This document shows, piece by piece, positions 9,360 through 19,264 of a DNA stretch of 44,277 bases. Every line of letters starts with the position of its first letter. The stretch's first letter is position 1. The notes beneath the pieces are model-generated. The model was given only the letters and a program-made list of their open reading frames with translations. It made no database searches and was not told the DNA's origin. The translations under genes were made by a program, and so were the position numbers. Location: NCBI GenBank assembly GCA_035622235.1, contig DASPVS010000517.1, forward strand, positions 1-44,277, in the 5' to 3' direction. The stretch is from Acidimicrobiales bacterium. GTDB taxonomy: Bacteria; Actinomycetota; Acidimicrobiia; Acidimicrobiales; UBA8190.

Positions 9360-10511
9360 TCATGGGACGTCGAAGACAACGGGCAGCCTCGGGGGTGACC
9401 GGAAGGCGAAACCCTCGACGTCGACGGCTTCCGAGCTCTCGTCGAGCCTCAACCCTGGCAATCTATCGAGAACGGCGGAGATCCCCACCTTCAGCTCCAT
9501 CCGAGCGAGGTGCATGCCGAGGCATTGATGTCGCCCGGTTCCGAACGCCAGGTGGGGCCGGGGATCCCGATCGATCTCCCACTCCGGGGCGTTCGGATAG
9601 CGGCTCTCGTCCCTGTTCGCCGAGCCGGTTGCGCAGGCAACCATCGACCCGGCGGGTATTTTCGTTCCCGCAATCTCCACGGGGCAGGTCGTATTCCGGG
9701 CGACCATCGTGACCGACGTCTCCCATCGCAGCGTCTCCTCGATCGCTGCTGAGAGCAAATCACCGTCCTCTTTTACTCGGGCGAGAACGTCCGGTTCACG
9801 CAGCAAGGCCAACAGGCAGCTTCCCATCACCCTGAAAGTCGTCTCCGCGCCCGCTGGGAGAAGAAGCCGCAGGAATCCGAACACGTAGTCGTCTGACAGC
9901 CGTTCTCCTTCGACCTCGGCGGTCACTATGTCGGAGATCAGATCACCGATCGGATGTTCACGTCGTTCCGCGACGATCGGTTCGAGGAACTGTCGCATCG
10001 CGTTTCCAGCCGCTTTGCTCGTGGGATAGTCCTCGGGACCGAGCGAGATGTCGATCGCCCATTCGTGGAATTGCTCCCCCGCTTCCGAGGGCACGCCGAT
10101 GATCCCTGCTATCACCTGAACCGGATAGCGACTAGTCACCGCTTCGACGAGGTCTGCGTGTCCACGAAGCGCGACCTCGTCAATGAGTCGCCCGATCGTC
10201 GGTTGCATCAACTCCTGCTCCCATCGCGCGAGAGCGGACGGCCGGAACGCGTGCGCCACGAGCGAGCGGTATCGACGGTGCTCCTCGCCGTCCATGCCGA
10301 GAATCACCGGTCCCATGACAGGTCCCATCGTGTCTGCATTCACTTTCGACGAGAACCGGTCCGGGTCGCGAAGGACCTGTTCGACGTCGTCGAAACGTGT
10401 CACGAACCAAAGCGGCTGGCCCAGTGCGTCGATCTGTGTGACCGGCTCGTCGCGACGACACCCCGCCCAAAATTCGTATACGTCCAATTGGTCCGGCGCA
10501 GGTTCCACCAT
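9360..10511 (-). CDS. Cytochrome P450
   Basis: Heme-binding motif FGTGRHQCLGMHLA, ExxR (EETLRWE) and I-helix AGAETT. No adjacent ferredoxin or reductase gene. Confidence 0.9.
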   Translation of the reverse strand: MVEPAPDQLDVYEFWAGCRRDEPVTQIDALGQPLWFVTRFDDVEQVLRDPDRFSSKVNADTMGPVMGPVILGMDGEEHRRYRSLVAHAFRPSALARWEQELMQPTIGRLIDEVALRGHADLVEAVTSRYPVQVIAGIIGVPSEAGEQFHEWAIDISLGPEDYPTSKAAGNAMRQFLEPIVAERREHPIGDLISDIVTAEVEGERLSDDYVFGFLRLLLPAGAETTFRVMGSCLLALLREPDVLARVKEDGDLLSAAIEETLRWETSVTMVARNTTCPVEIAGTKIPAGSMVACATGSANRDESRYPNAPEWEIDRDPRPHLAFGTGRHQCLGMHLARMELKVGISAVLDRLPGLRLDESSEAVDVEGFAFRSPPRLPVVFDVP

Positions 10512-10621
10512 CTTCCTCCGTTGCCGCTTTATCTTGCGGCGCTGACATCTGCGTCAGCAACCGATCGAGGGCCTTTCATCTGCAAAGGGCTACCGTTGGG
10601 TGAGCACGCCGCCACCCGACG

Positions 10622-12952
10622 ATGGGGCGACGACGTTCGGGGGAGATCGTGAAGGGATTCTCGACCAAGAAGTGGCTGGTGGCGCTTGCCTTGGTTCTGG
10701 GGGTTGTGTCGAGCAGCTTGCTCGTCTCTGTGGCTGCCTCGCCCAGTGTGGCGCACTTGAAGTTCAGGGGTCACGGGTCCATCGACCAGGCATACGTCGT
10801 CGGGGCGACTCCGGGCGAGAACCTAACGCTGGTGAGCTCTTCAGGGAGCACGGTCGGATCCGGCGTGGTCGACGATCTCGGCAGTCTCGTCGTCCCCAAC
10901 GTCAACCCCGGACCGGGATACCGGTTTGAGAGTACGGAGAACGGAAAGGAGGCGGAGACGGCCCCGTTTTCGGTTCTCTCGACCGACTCCACGCCTCCCC
11001 CGTCTTTCTATTCGGATCAACACCTGCACGCCGGGCTCAACTACATAACCATGAGAGACGGCGTCAAGCTCGCGGCGACGGTGCGCCTGCCGCCCGGAGA
11101 GACCCTGAAAGACGGGCCGTTCCCGACGGTGATCGAATATTCGGGATACGCGATCGCCGCACCCCACAGCCTCATAAACGCGCTCGAAGGAAAAGCACCC
11201 ACTAACGACCCGCTGCTTCCCGACACAGCGACGATCGTCGGTTCGGTGATCGCTCCCCTCGTCGGATTCGTGACTGTGAGCTTGCAGATGCGCGGCACAG
11301 GGTGCTCGGGGGGCGCATTCGACCTTTTCGGCCTCCCCTCCGACTATGACGGATACGACGCCGTTCAGATCGTCGGTGCCCAGCCCTGGGTGCTCAACCA
11401 CAAGGTGGGAATGGTGGGCATCTCCTACTCGGGGATCTCACAGCTGATCGTCGCAGGAACCGATCCCCCCGACCTGGCGGCGATCGCCCCGCTCAGCTCC
11501 ACAGACGACCTTTTCTCAACCGGCTACCCCGGGGGCATCTACAACGACGGCTTCGCGGAGAGCTGGATAAAACAACGCATGCAGGATGCAGAGGCGGCGC
11601 CAGGTGGCGGTCAGCCGTGGGCAGCCGCCGAGATTGCCAAGGGCGACAAGACTTGTCTCGCAAACCAAAGGCTTCATCCCGAGGCCCAAAAGCTCGACTC
11701 GGTCATATCTCCGGGGTTGTCGCGTATACCGGCGCTTTTCGACCCGCGATCACCGCAGGTGTGGGCTTCGCACATAAACGTGCCCGTGTTCCTGGTGGGA
11801 GCGTTGGAGGACGAACAGACGGGTCCGCAGTGGCCGTCTCTCATCTCGGCACTGAAGAACGACAGCAACGTCTTCGTGACGATGATCAACGGGGCCCACA
11901 TCGACTCACTCGGTCCGGGCTCCCTTTCGCGCTGGCTCGAGTTCCTCGACATATTCGTGGCAAACGAGGTTCCGAAGCCCGACCCCATCCTCTCGCTGCT
12001 CGCCCCGGACCTCTACTCGACGGCGACAGGAGGCGCGCCTTCGATGGAGCTACCCCAATTGCGCTTCACCACCGAACCAACGGCTTCGGCCGCACGAAGC
12101 GCGTTCGAAGCCCAGGATCCAAGGGTAAGAGTGCTTTTCGACAACGGAGGAGGATCGCTCGGCCCGGGGGCGCTGCAACCGACTTTCGAAGCCGACTTCT
12201 CCAGCTGGCCCCCGCCGGGAACGGTGACTCGTTATTACCTCGGGCCCGGAGGCTCGATGGCGGAAAGCGAACCTACAGCCAACTCGACCGCGACCTACGA
12301 GCCCGATCCGTCGGTCCGTCCCGCGACCGACCTACCGTCGTCTGCGAACGCATGGGCGGCCCAGCCTCCTTATAACTGGACCACCGTGCCCGCTCCGAAC
12401 GGCATCGCGTTCCAGACCCAGCCGTTCACGAGCGACACGGCGATTGTCGGCCCCGCGAGCCTCGACCTGTGGCTTCAATCTTCGGCACCGATCACCGACT
12501 TGCAGGTGACGGTCACCGAAGTGCGTCCCGCACCAAGCCAAGAGGAGTACGTGACCTCCGGATTCCTGAGAAGCTCGAATCGCACTCTCGAGCCCGACTC
12601 GACGTCGCTCGTCCCGATCCCCACGTATCGAGCCGGTGACCTGCGCGACCTCCAGGCCGGGAAATTCACTCTCGTCCGCGTCCCCATCGACCCGATCGCG
12701 CACGTGTTCAGAGCAGGCACTGAACTGCGGATCGTGATCTCGGCGCCCGGCGGTGACCGTCCCGAGTGGGCGTTCGACACGCCGGCCACGGACGGAGAGG
12801 TGACCAACACGGTGTCACTCGGAGGAATCGAGGCTTCCTCCTTGGTCGTGAACGTCGTGCCGGGGATAGCGGCACCCACTCCCCTGCCGGAGTGCGGCGC
12901 GTTACGCGGCGAACCGTGCCGGCCTTACCTGCCGCTCGGGAACCAGAGCTGA
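10622..12952 (+). CDS. Secreted CocE/NonD-family (peptidase S15, X-Pro dipeptidyl-peptidase-like) hydrolase
   Basis: N-terminal signal/TM segment (KKWLVALALVLGVVSSSLLVSVAASPSVA). Nucleophile elbow GISYSG. C-terminal beta-sandwich-like end (HVFRAGTELRIVISAPGGDRPEW). Confidence 0.8.
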   Translation: MGRRRSGEIVKGFSTKKWLVALALVLGVVSSSLLVSVAASPSVAHLKFRGHGSIDQAYVVGATPGENLTLVSSSGSTVGSGVVDDLGSLVVPNVNPGPGYRFESTENGKEAETAPFSVLSTDSTPPPSFYSDQHLHAGLNYITMRDGVKLAATVRLPPGETLKDGPFPTVIEYSGYAIAAPHSLINALEGKAPTNDPLLPDTATIVGSVIAPLVGFVTVSLQMRGTGCSGGAFDLFGLPSDYDGYDAVQIVGAQPWVLNHKVGMVGISYSGISQLIVAGTDPPDLAAIAPLSSTDDLFSTGYPGGIYNDGFAESWIKQRMQDAEAAPGGGQPWAAAEIAKGDKTCLANQRLHPEAQKLDSVISPGLSRIPALFDPRSPQVWASHINVPVFLVGALEDEQTGPQWPSLISALKNDSNVFVTMINGAHIDSLGPGSLSRWLEFLDIFVANEVPKPDPILSLLAPDLYSTATGGAPSMELPQLRFTTEPTASAARSAFEAQDPRVRVLFDNGGGSLGPGALQPTFEADFSSWPPPGTVTRYYLGPGGSMAESEPTANSTATYEPDPSVRPATDLPSSANAWAAQPPYNWTTVPAPNGIAFQTQPFTSDTAIVGPASLDLWLQSSAPITDLQVTVTEVRPAPSQEEYVTSGFLRSSNRTLEPDSTSLVPIPTYRAGDLRDLQAGKFTLVRVPIDPIAHVFRAGTELRIVISAPGGDRPEWAFDTPATDGEVTNTVSLGGIEASSLVVNVVPGIAAPTPLPECGALRGEPCRPYLPLGNQS

Positions 12953-12987
12953 GGAGTCGAAGGGTAGCGAAAGCGATTCGGCGATCG

Positions 12988-13362
12988 CTATGACGTTGAA
13001 GATGACGACTGGCACTTGAGAGCGAGCGCGATCTCCCGCTTGCTCAGTCTCGCGGACCTGGCCTCCAAGTGACCGATCTTCCGCTCGATCTTGTTCGCGG
13101 CGGTCGTGTCACCGACTTGGCTCTTGAGCTTTTCGCGCGATTGGGCCCTGATGAGCTGCCTCTCGAGCCTGGTCGACTGCCTCTTCAGCGAGGCGATGTT
13201 CCTCTCGATCCTTCTGCAGTTCACGTGGTTGGACTGTGAGGTAGCGGAAGCGGAAGCCGCTCCGTAGGCGGCTCCGGACGCACCGACGCCGACCGCGGCG
13301 GCTGTCATCCCCGAACCGAGAACAGCACTCAGGACGACCCCGGCACCGATTTGCCTGATCAT
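12988..13362 (-). CDS. Small secreted coiled-coil protein, unknown function
   Basis: ATG at 13362 (MIRQIGAGVVLSAVLG), preceded by GGGGGGGAGG. Signal peptide, then heptad-like RIERNIASLKRQSTRLERQLIRAQ. Confidence 0.6.
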   Translation of the reverse strand: MIRQIGAGVVLSAVLGSGMTAAAVGVGASGAAYGAASASATSQSNHVNCRRIERNIASLKRQSTRLERQLIRAQSREKLKSQVGDTTAANKIERKIGHLEARSARLSKREIALALKCQSSSSTS

Positions 13363-13446
13363 TTTGGCCTCCCCCCCGGGCGTACGGTCCCCGCCCACCC
13401 AGATTCGCACCCAATACCTTGTACCACGGGTGGTTCGATTTCCAAT

Positions 13447-13529
13447 CAGATGTCCCGTCTCAGATGACCCGTCGTCCCTGCCGACCGGGCGCAGCCGCTG
13501 CTGAGACTGGCTGCTGCCGCTGAGACGGG
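13447..13529. promoter_or_regulatory. Repeat-rich divergent intergenic region upstream of the sulfatase gene
   Basis: Tandem 14-nt direct repeat CAGATGTCCCGTCT / CAGATGACCCGTCG (13447-13474). Perfect 10-bp inverted repeat CCCGTCTCAG (13454-13463) / CTGAGACGGG (13520-13529). GCTGAGAC occurs twice. Confidence 0.4.
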
Positions 13530-13605
13530 CAGCCGCCGACCATCGAAGGTCAGCGCGCAGGCATTTGTGCTGATGGCATGCTGGCCTGTCTGCAAGGAGG
13601 AATGC

Positions 13606-15912
13606 ATGTCGGATCGCAGGGAGTTCGGGGGCCGAATCGGTCGGGACTGGCGAGACTCGGAGCCTTGGTGGCCTCCTGAGCCGGCGGCGCCGGAGGGCGC
13701 GCCCAACGTCGTACTGATCGTTCTCGACGACGTCGGTTTCGCACAGCTCGGTTGTTACGGGTCAGACATCCCCACGCCCAACATCGATCGCCTCGCGGCC
13801 GGAGGAGTCCGTCTGGCCAACTTCCACACCACCGCATTGTGCTCGCCGACCCGAGCGTGTCTGCTCACCGGTCGAAACCACCACCGAAGCGGGATGGGAC
13901 GAGTCGCCGATCTCGCGATGGGGTTCCCGGGGTATTGGGGGTCCCCACCGAAAGAGAACGGCTATCTGTCGGAGATCCTGAGCTCGCGCGGGTATGCGAC
14001 GTACGCGGTCGGGAAATGGCATCTCACACCCGAGGACGAGACCAACATGGCCGCCTCGCGACGGACGTGGCCTCTGGCTCGCGGGTTCGACCGGTGGTAC
14101 GGATTCCACGGTGGCGAGACTCATCAGTTCGTCCCTGCTCTGTACCACGACAATCACTCCGTTCGTCCGCCTCGCTCGATCGAGGACGGCTACCACTTGA
14201 GTTCGGACCTGGCAGATCGAGCGATCGAATTCATCTCCGATCTCCGCGCCGTCGATACCGATCGTCGTTTCTTTCTCTATTTGTGCACGGGTGCGTGCCA
14301 CTCTCCTCACCACGCTCCTCCGGAGTGGATAGAGCGTTTCAGCGGGGCGTTCAGCGACGGCTGGGACTCCTGGCGAGAAAAGACGTTCGAACGTCAACTC
14401 GCGTCGGGGATCGTGGCCGCGGGGACGCGGCTTTCGAAACGACCGCACTGGGTTCCCCCCTGGACCGACCTCGACGAGGCGGAGAAGGCGCTCGCATCGA
14501 GATTCATGGAATGTTTTGCCGGTTATCTCGCGTACACGGACGCCCAACTAGGTCGCGTCTTCCAGTTCCTCGACGACACCGGCGACATGGAAGACACACT
14601 GATCGTGCTCGTGTCGGACAATGGCGCGAGCGCCGAGGGCGGTAGACAGGGATCGATCAACGACATCCGATTGACGAATTTGGATCCTGCGTCCACCGAG
14701 GAGATGTACACGCGGATCGCAGAGATTGGCGGTCCCCTCACCCACAACAACTATCCGTGGGGCTGGACGATGGCAGGTAACACCCCGTTCCGCCGGTGGA
14801 AGCGCGAGGTCCATCAAGGAGGTGTCGCCGACCCCTGCATCGTCTATTGGCCGGCACGATTCGGAGCCGCGGCCGGCGGGGTGCGCCACCAGTTCGCTCA
14901 CGCCATCGATGTCCTTCCGAGTGTGTTGGAGCTTGCGTCGATCGAAGCTCCGGCACAGATCGACTCCGTCGTACAATCGCCGATTGACGGCACCAGCTTC
15001 GCCTACATGTTGACAGCAGAGGGCCACGCTGCAGCAGAGCGCCATGTAACGCAGCACTTCGAGATGCTCGGCTCTCGAGCTCTCTATCACCAGGGCTGGA
15101 AGGCGGTGGCGTACCACCCAGTTGGCCCGCTCTACGACGACGGGCTCGAGATCAATTCTCCGTTCGACGACGACGTCTGGGAGCTCTACAACTTCTCGAA
15201 GGATCGATCCGAAACAGAGGACCTGGCATCGGAACATCCCGAGCGATTGGCGGAGATGATCGAAAGATGGTGGGACGAGGCCGCTCGCAACGACGTGCTC
15301 CCCCTCGACAATCGAGTGCTCTGGACCCTCACACACCCTCGTCCGGACCGACGAACCCAGTGCGACGACGTCCGCTACTTCGCGGGCGGTGCACCCGTCC
15401 CCGAGAACATGGCGGTGAACATCCGCAATCGGTCGCACGCGATGGAGGTCGAGGTGGACCTCTCCGAGGGGACCGTGCCTGAAGGCGTACTTCTCGCTAC
15501 GGGATGCGCTCTCGGCGGATGGTCGTTCCATCTTCTCGGTGGCCGACTCCGATATGTCCACAACCTGTACGGCAAGAAACGATCGGTGGTCGAGTCCGAT
15601 CGCGTCGTAGGACCGGGCCGCAGGACCCTGTCGTTCAACTTCGAAAAGGACGAGGGGCTCGGCGGCGAGGCCAGTCTCAGCTGCGACGGCGAGCTGCTGG
15701 CGTCTTCACCGATCAGGAGGTTCACGCCAGCGGCCTTCAACGGAGTCGGAGTCGGGCTCACCTGCGGTTACGAGTGGGGACCCGCCGTAGGGGACGGCTA
15801 TACCGCCCCGTTCCCGTTCACGGGCACAATCGTGAGCGCCCGCATTCGGGCAACCGGACCGATCGTCAGGGATGTCTTGGCCGAGATGGCTGCGATTCTT
15901 TCCGAGCAGTGA
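13606..15912 (+). CDS. Type I (formylglycine-dependent) arylsulfatase, large cytoplasmic AtsA-like form
   Basis: ATG at 13606, preceded by AAGGAGG. Metal-binding LIVLDDVGFAQLGCYG. Sulfatase signature LCSPTRACLLTGRNHH (CxPxR). No signal peptide. Confidence 0.9.
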   Translation: MSDRREFGGRIGRDWRDSEPWWPPEPAAPEGAPNVVLIVLDDVGFAQLGCYGSDIPTPNIDRLAAGGVRLANFHTTALCSPTRACLLTGRNHHRSGMGRVADLAMGFPGYWGSPPKENGYLSEILSSRGYATYAVGKWHLTPEDETNMAASRRTWPLARGFDRWYGFHGGETHQFVPALYHDNHSVRPPRSIEDGYHLSSDLADRAIEFISDLRAVDTDRRFFLYLCTGACHSPHHAPPEWIERFSGAFSDGWDSWREKTFERQLASGIVAAGTRLSKRPHWVPPWTDLDEAEKALASRFMECFAGYLAYTDAQLGRVFQFLDDTGDMEDTLIVLVSDNGASAEGGRQGSINDIRLTNLDPASTEEMYTRIAEIGGPLTHNNYPWGWTMAGNTPFRRWKREVHQGGVADPCIVYWPARFGAAAGGVRHQFAHAIDVLPSVLELASIEAPAQIDSVVQSPIDGTSFAYMLTAEGHAAAERHVTQHFEMLGSRALYHQGWKAVAYHPVGPLYDDGLEINSPFDDDVWELYNFSKDRSETEDLASEHPERLAEMIERWWDEAARNDVLPLDNRVLWTLTHPRPDRRTQCDDVRYFAGGAPVPENMAVNIRNRSHAMEVEVDLSEGTVPEGVLLATGCALGGWSFHLLGGRLRYVHNLYGKKRSVVESDRVVGPGRRTLSFNFEKDEGLGGEASLSCDGELLASSPIRRFTPAAFNGVGVGLTCGYEWGPAVGDGYTAPFPFTGTIVSARIRATGPIVRDVLAEMAAILSEQ

Positions 15913-15951
15913 GAGCTGTTCTTCGAGAGAACAATCGGGAAACAACTGCGT

Positions 15952-16329
15952 TCAGCGGTTGGTCAGCTCCAACTGACTCCACATCCCTGCGAGCCAACCC
16001 GCGTCGACTTCCACGCGTGGACAGAAATTCTCGTCGGCTCTTCCTGCCCTCGCCTCGGCGCGCGCTTCGACGGGAAGCTTGACCACGTTCCTCTGCGCCT
16101 CGAGAAGCGAGGCGGAGGACCGTTGTACATCCTCGGCGCTTCGACCGGGCGGCGGATGAGGGTCCTTGCGCTTGAGTGCGCCGGCGTGCATCTCGCACAT
16201 CGGCGCTGTGCCCATCACGAACTCCGCCGCGCGACCGCACGCAACGTCGAAGGGGCCGTCTTCGCCTGTGGAGATGATTCTCACGACACAGGTGTCCGAA
16301 GATCGGGACTTGCGGGTCGATCTCGCCAT
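15952..16329 (-). CDS. Hypothetical protein
   Basis: 125-aa ORF whose third codon positions are about 80% G/C by my count, consistent with coding. No recognisable motifs. Confidence 0.4.
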   Translation of the reverse strand: MARSTRKSRSSDTCVVRIISTGEDGPFDVACGRAAEFVMGTAPMCEMHAGALKRKDPHPPPGRSAEDVQRSSASLLEAQRNVVKLPVEARAEARAGRADENFCPRVEVDAGWLAGMWSQLELTNR

Positions 16330-16521
16330 TGGGACTCCTCGAGGCTTGTGGTTACGTCATTCACATCGACGCCATCGAACGCTCGCTGAAGCAGAGCCCG
16401 TTGGGTGGACGTCGGACGGCGCGCCTCGGCTGTATGGCGCGGCGGGCTCCTTCGGGGAATAATCGTGCGGTCTGATGGGCGGCGGGCTTGCGTCGAGTGG
16501 GTTCTGCCCGGGAGCGGAGGA

Positions 16522-16950
16522 ATGATGTTCCAGAACGTGATCGTCGGAGCTGACGACTCTCCCACTGCTGCTACGGCCGTGGCGGCAGCCGCCGAGCTGG
16601 TCAGGATCTCGGGCGGACGACTCCACGTGGTGACCGCCTACAACAGCAAGCGGGTGGCGGAGCCCGAGCTGCCCGCGGAGTTCAAGAACACCATGCTCAC
16701 CCACCCAGCCGACGTGCTGCTCGATCACCTCTCCGAAATAGTGAAAAGGGCGGGAATCGAGCCGTGCCTCCACGCCGCGGCCGGCGATCCGGCGGACTCC
16801 CTCGTACAAGTGGCGGAAGACGTGGAGGCGGATCTCATCGTCGTCGGCAACAAGGGCATGAGGGGCGCGCGTCGCGTTCTAGGGAGTGTCCCGAACACGG
16901 TCGCCCACCACGCGCCGTGTTCAGTACTGATCGTGGATACGACCGACTGA
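16522..16950 (+). CDS. Universal stress protein (UspA family)
   Basis: ATG at 16522, preceded by GGAGG. MMFQNVIVGADDSP...DLIVVGNKGMRGARRVLGSVPNTVAHHAPCSVLIV carries the classic USP ATP-binding motif G-2x-G-9x-G(S/T). Confidence 0.9.
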   Translation: MMFQNVIVGADDSPTAATAVAAAAELVRISGGRLHVVTAYNSKRVAEPELPAEFKNTMLTHPADVLLDHLSEIVKRAGIEPCLHAAAGDPADSLVQVAEDVEADLIVVGNKGMRGARRVLGSVPNTVAHHAPCSVLIVDTTD

Positions 16951-17021
16951 AGCGCGCGTCGATAACTCCGCATCCGTGACGACGCATCGATAACCCCCAT
17001 AGGAGCATCAGGCCCCCACCG

Positions 17022-18131
17022 ATGTTCGACGCGAGTCGTGAGCATTCGCCCATGTCGGGCCTCGACGAGTACATGGTCCACAACTACCCGTTGCCGCTCC
17101 GCGTCATGTGGACCACAGATGCCCAGGCATACGAGCGGGTTTGGTTCGCCTGCGAGGACAAGGTCGGTGAAATGTTGCTGGTGTGCGGAATGGGGTTCTA
17201 CCCGAACCTCGGCACGGCAGACGGGTTCGCCATAGCGAACGTACGTGGATGCCACACCACGGTAAGGGCCCATCGGCGCCTCGGCGACAACCGTATGAAC
17301 ATGCGGATCGGGCCGCTCGAGCTGCGGGTGTTGGAACCCTTTCGACGATGGCGGCTGACGCTCGACGAGAACGAGCACGGGATCGCGTTCGACATCAACT
17401 GGTCTGATACGAAAAGACCGGTCTTCCGCTTACTGGGCGCCGGAGTCATCTCCAAAGGCCAAGCTTTTTCCGGGGTCGCCGGTTATGACGGGTTCGGGAC
17501 CCAAAGTGGGTGGCTCGAAGCTCACGGTGATCGATTCGAGCTGAGCGAGGCCACCCACCTCGGCACTCGAGACCATCACTGGGGCACTCGCGACGGAGTG
17601 GGTGGTCCAGGTATGTACAAGGGGCAACAACACCCTCATTCAGGCGAGTGGGTCGAGTTCGGTGACATCGGGATCTGGGGCGATCATGTCCTCTACAACT
17701 TGGGGGACGCTCGAAGGTCGAGCAGCACGCTAAGGCGCAGAGAGCACCGGCTCAGATTCGAAGAGGACACCCATCTCCTCCGATCAGGGGAAGTCGATCT
17801 CCATTTCGAGTCGGGAGATGTGAAGACCATGACCTTCGAGCGATTCGGTAATCAAATCGCGTTCCTCCGATGCGGGATGTACGGAGGCCCCAACGGCGGC
17901 ACGCCCGACGGCGACATTTGGCATGGAATGTACGTGGGCGATGAGGTCGTGACCGGCGAGACGTACGACGTCACCGATCCCGAAGTTCGTAAGAGGATAT
18001 GCGGTCTCGACCAACATCATGCTCGCTTCGAGGTCGACGGCGAGGTCTCCTACGGTATCGTCGAGCCGTACGACACGTTATGCTACGAGGCTTGCAAGGC
18101 GGGCGTGCACGGTTTCTCGTTGCTCCAGTGA
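17022..18131 (+). CDS. Conserved hypothetical protein
   Basis: 369-aa ORF with coding-like composition. Contains GTRDHHWGTRDG. I cannot assign a family with confidence. Confidence 0.6.
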   Translation: MFDASREHSPMSGLDEYMVHNYPLPLRVMWTTDAQAYERVWFACEDKVGEMLLVCGMGFYPNLGTADGFAIANVRGCHTTVRAHRRLGDNRMNMRIGPLELRVLEPFRRWRLTLDENEHGIAFDINWSDTKRPVFRLLGAGVISKGQAFSGVAGYDGFGTQSGWLEAHGDRFELSEATHLGTRDHHWGTRDGVGGPGMYKGQQHPHSGEWVEFGDIGIWGDHVLYNLGDARRSSSTLRRREHRLRFEEDTHLLRSGEVDLHFESGDVKTMTFERFGNQIAFLRCGMYGGPNGGTPDGDIWHGMYVGDEVVTGETYDVTDPEVRKRICGLDQHHARFEVDGEVSYGIVEPYDTLCYEACKAGVHGFSLLQ

Positions 18132-18189
18132 CGTCTGAGGCTCCTAGACGTTCAGACGTGAGAGCTCGGAGCGAGCAAAACGGTCGCGA

Positions 18190-19260
18190 TCACCCGATCA
18201 TCTCGAGCCGTCGCTTGAGCAGTCCTGCGAGCGGATTGCGCTCGTCGGCCGGAGATATGTAGCGAACACCCGCTTCGCGGGCCAACCTGGCTTGACGGTT
18301 GTTTATAGCGAGCGAGCGAACGAGCGCGAAAAGCTCGTACCATTCGAGGTCCTCCGTCTTTCTCCCGATCCTTTCCTCGTAGCTGGAAACGACCGATTCG
18401 TGACCGGGAAACCCCGGGGGCCTCTTGCCCACCAGCTGTTCGCCTGCCCAGTCGAGTGCAAGAAACCATCCGAGGTCCATCTCCGGTGGGCCGATGCTCG
18501 CCATGTCCCAGTCGAGTACTCCTTCGAGCAGACCTTCGTCCGAGACGACGATGTTGCCGAGTCGAGCGTCGCCCCACAGAAGACAATGCTCGGGCACCGT
18601 TCTGGGTAGGTGCGACCTGCACCACTCGAGCCCTTCGGCGACCACCCGCAGGGGGTTGCCTTCGCTGGCCCAATGGACATACCCCTCCCACCAGGCCACC
18701 TCGTCTTCGAGCGGCGTGTTCGCGCCCCTCAAACATTCGCCTAGACCGCTAACTCGTAAATCCACACTGTGAATCGCAACCAGGCCTTCGATGAACGTCT
18801 CCATGAGCCGGGACTGCACGTCGGACGAGCACCCGCTCAGCCAAGGGTCTAGGGCCGGGATCTCGCCCGGCACGTGTCCGTCCAGAAACGGCATGACCAG
18901 AAAGGGCGCCCCGAGCCAGCTCTCGTCCGTCTCTACCGTCACCGGAGCCGCCGTCGGAACACCTTGATCGTGGACGGCCTCTTGCACACGTCCTTGCATA
19001 ACGAGATCGTCGTCAGGAAAGGTCGGCGCGACCGGTGCAAGACGGACGACGACGCGCCGAGGATCACGCCCTTCGTCCGCGCTCACGTACTTGACGATCA
19101 CGGTCTCGTTCGCCCAGCCCGCCGACGCGTGCTCGAGCGAAACCAGGTGTGGCGCGGACGCACGATCATGTGCCGCGAGCCACGCACGATCGTGTGCCGC
19201 GAGCCACTGCTCGATGCGCGGACCTAGTTCGTCGAGATCCCTTACTCGCCCGATCGGCAC
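18190..19260 (-). CDS. Phosphotransferase-family protein (APH-like fold)
   Basis: LLWGDARLGNIVVSDEG...VLDWDMASIGPPEMDLGWF (catalytic loop plus DxD). GTG start 4 nt after the stop of the upstream amidohydrolase gene. Confidence 0.8.
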   Translation of the reverse strand: MPIGRVRDLDELGPRIEQWLAAHDRAWLAAHDRASAPHLVSLEHASAGWANETVIVKYVSADEGRDPRRVVVRLAPVAPTFPDDDLVMQGRVQEAVHDQGVPTAAPVTVETDESWLGAPFLVMPFLDGHVPGEIPALDPWLSGCSSDVQSRLMETFIEGLVAIHSVDLRVSGLGECLRGANTPLEDEVAWWEGYVHWASEGNPLRVVAEGLEWCRSHLPRTVPEHCLLWGDARLGNIVVSDEGLLEGVLDWDMASIGPPEMDLGWFLALDWAGEQLVGKRPPGFPGHESVVSSYEERIGRKTEDLEWYELFALVRSLAINNRQARLAREAGVRYISPADERNPLAGLLKRRLEMIG

Positions 19261-19264
19261 CGGA

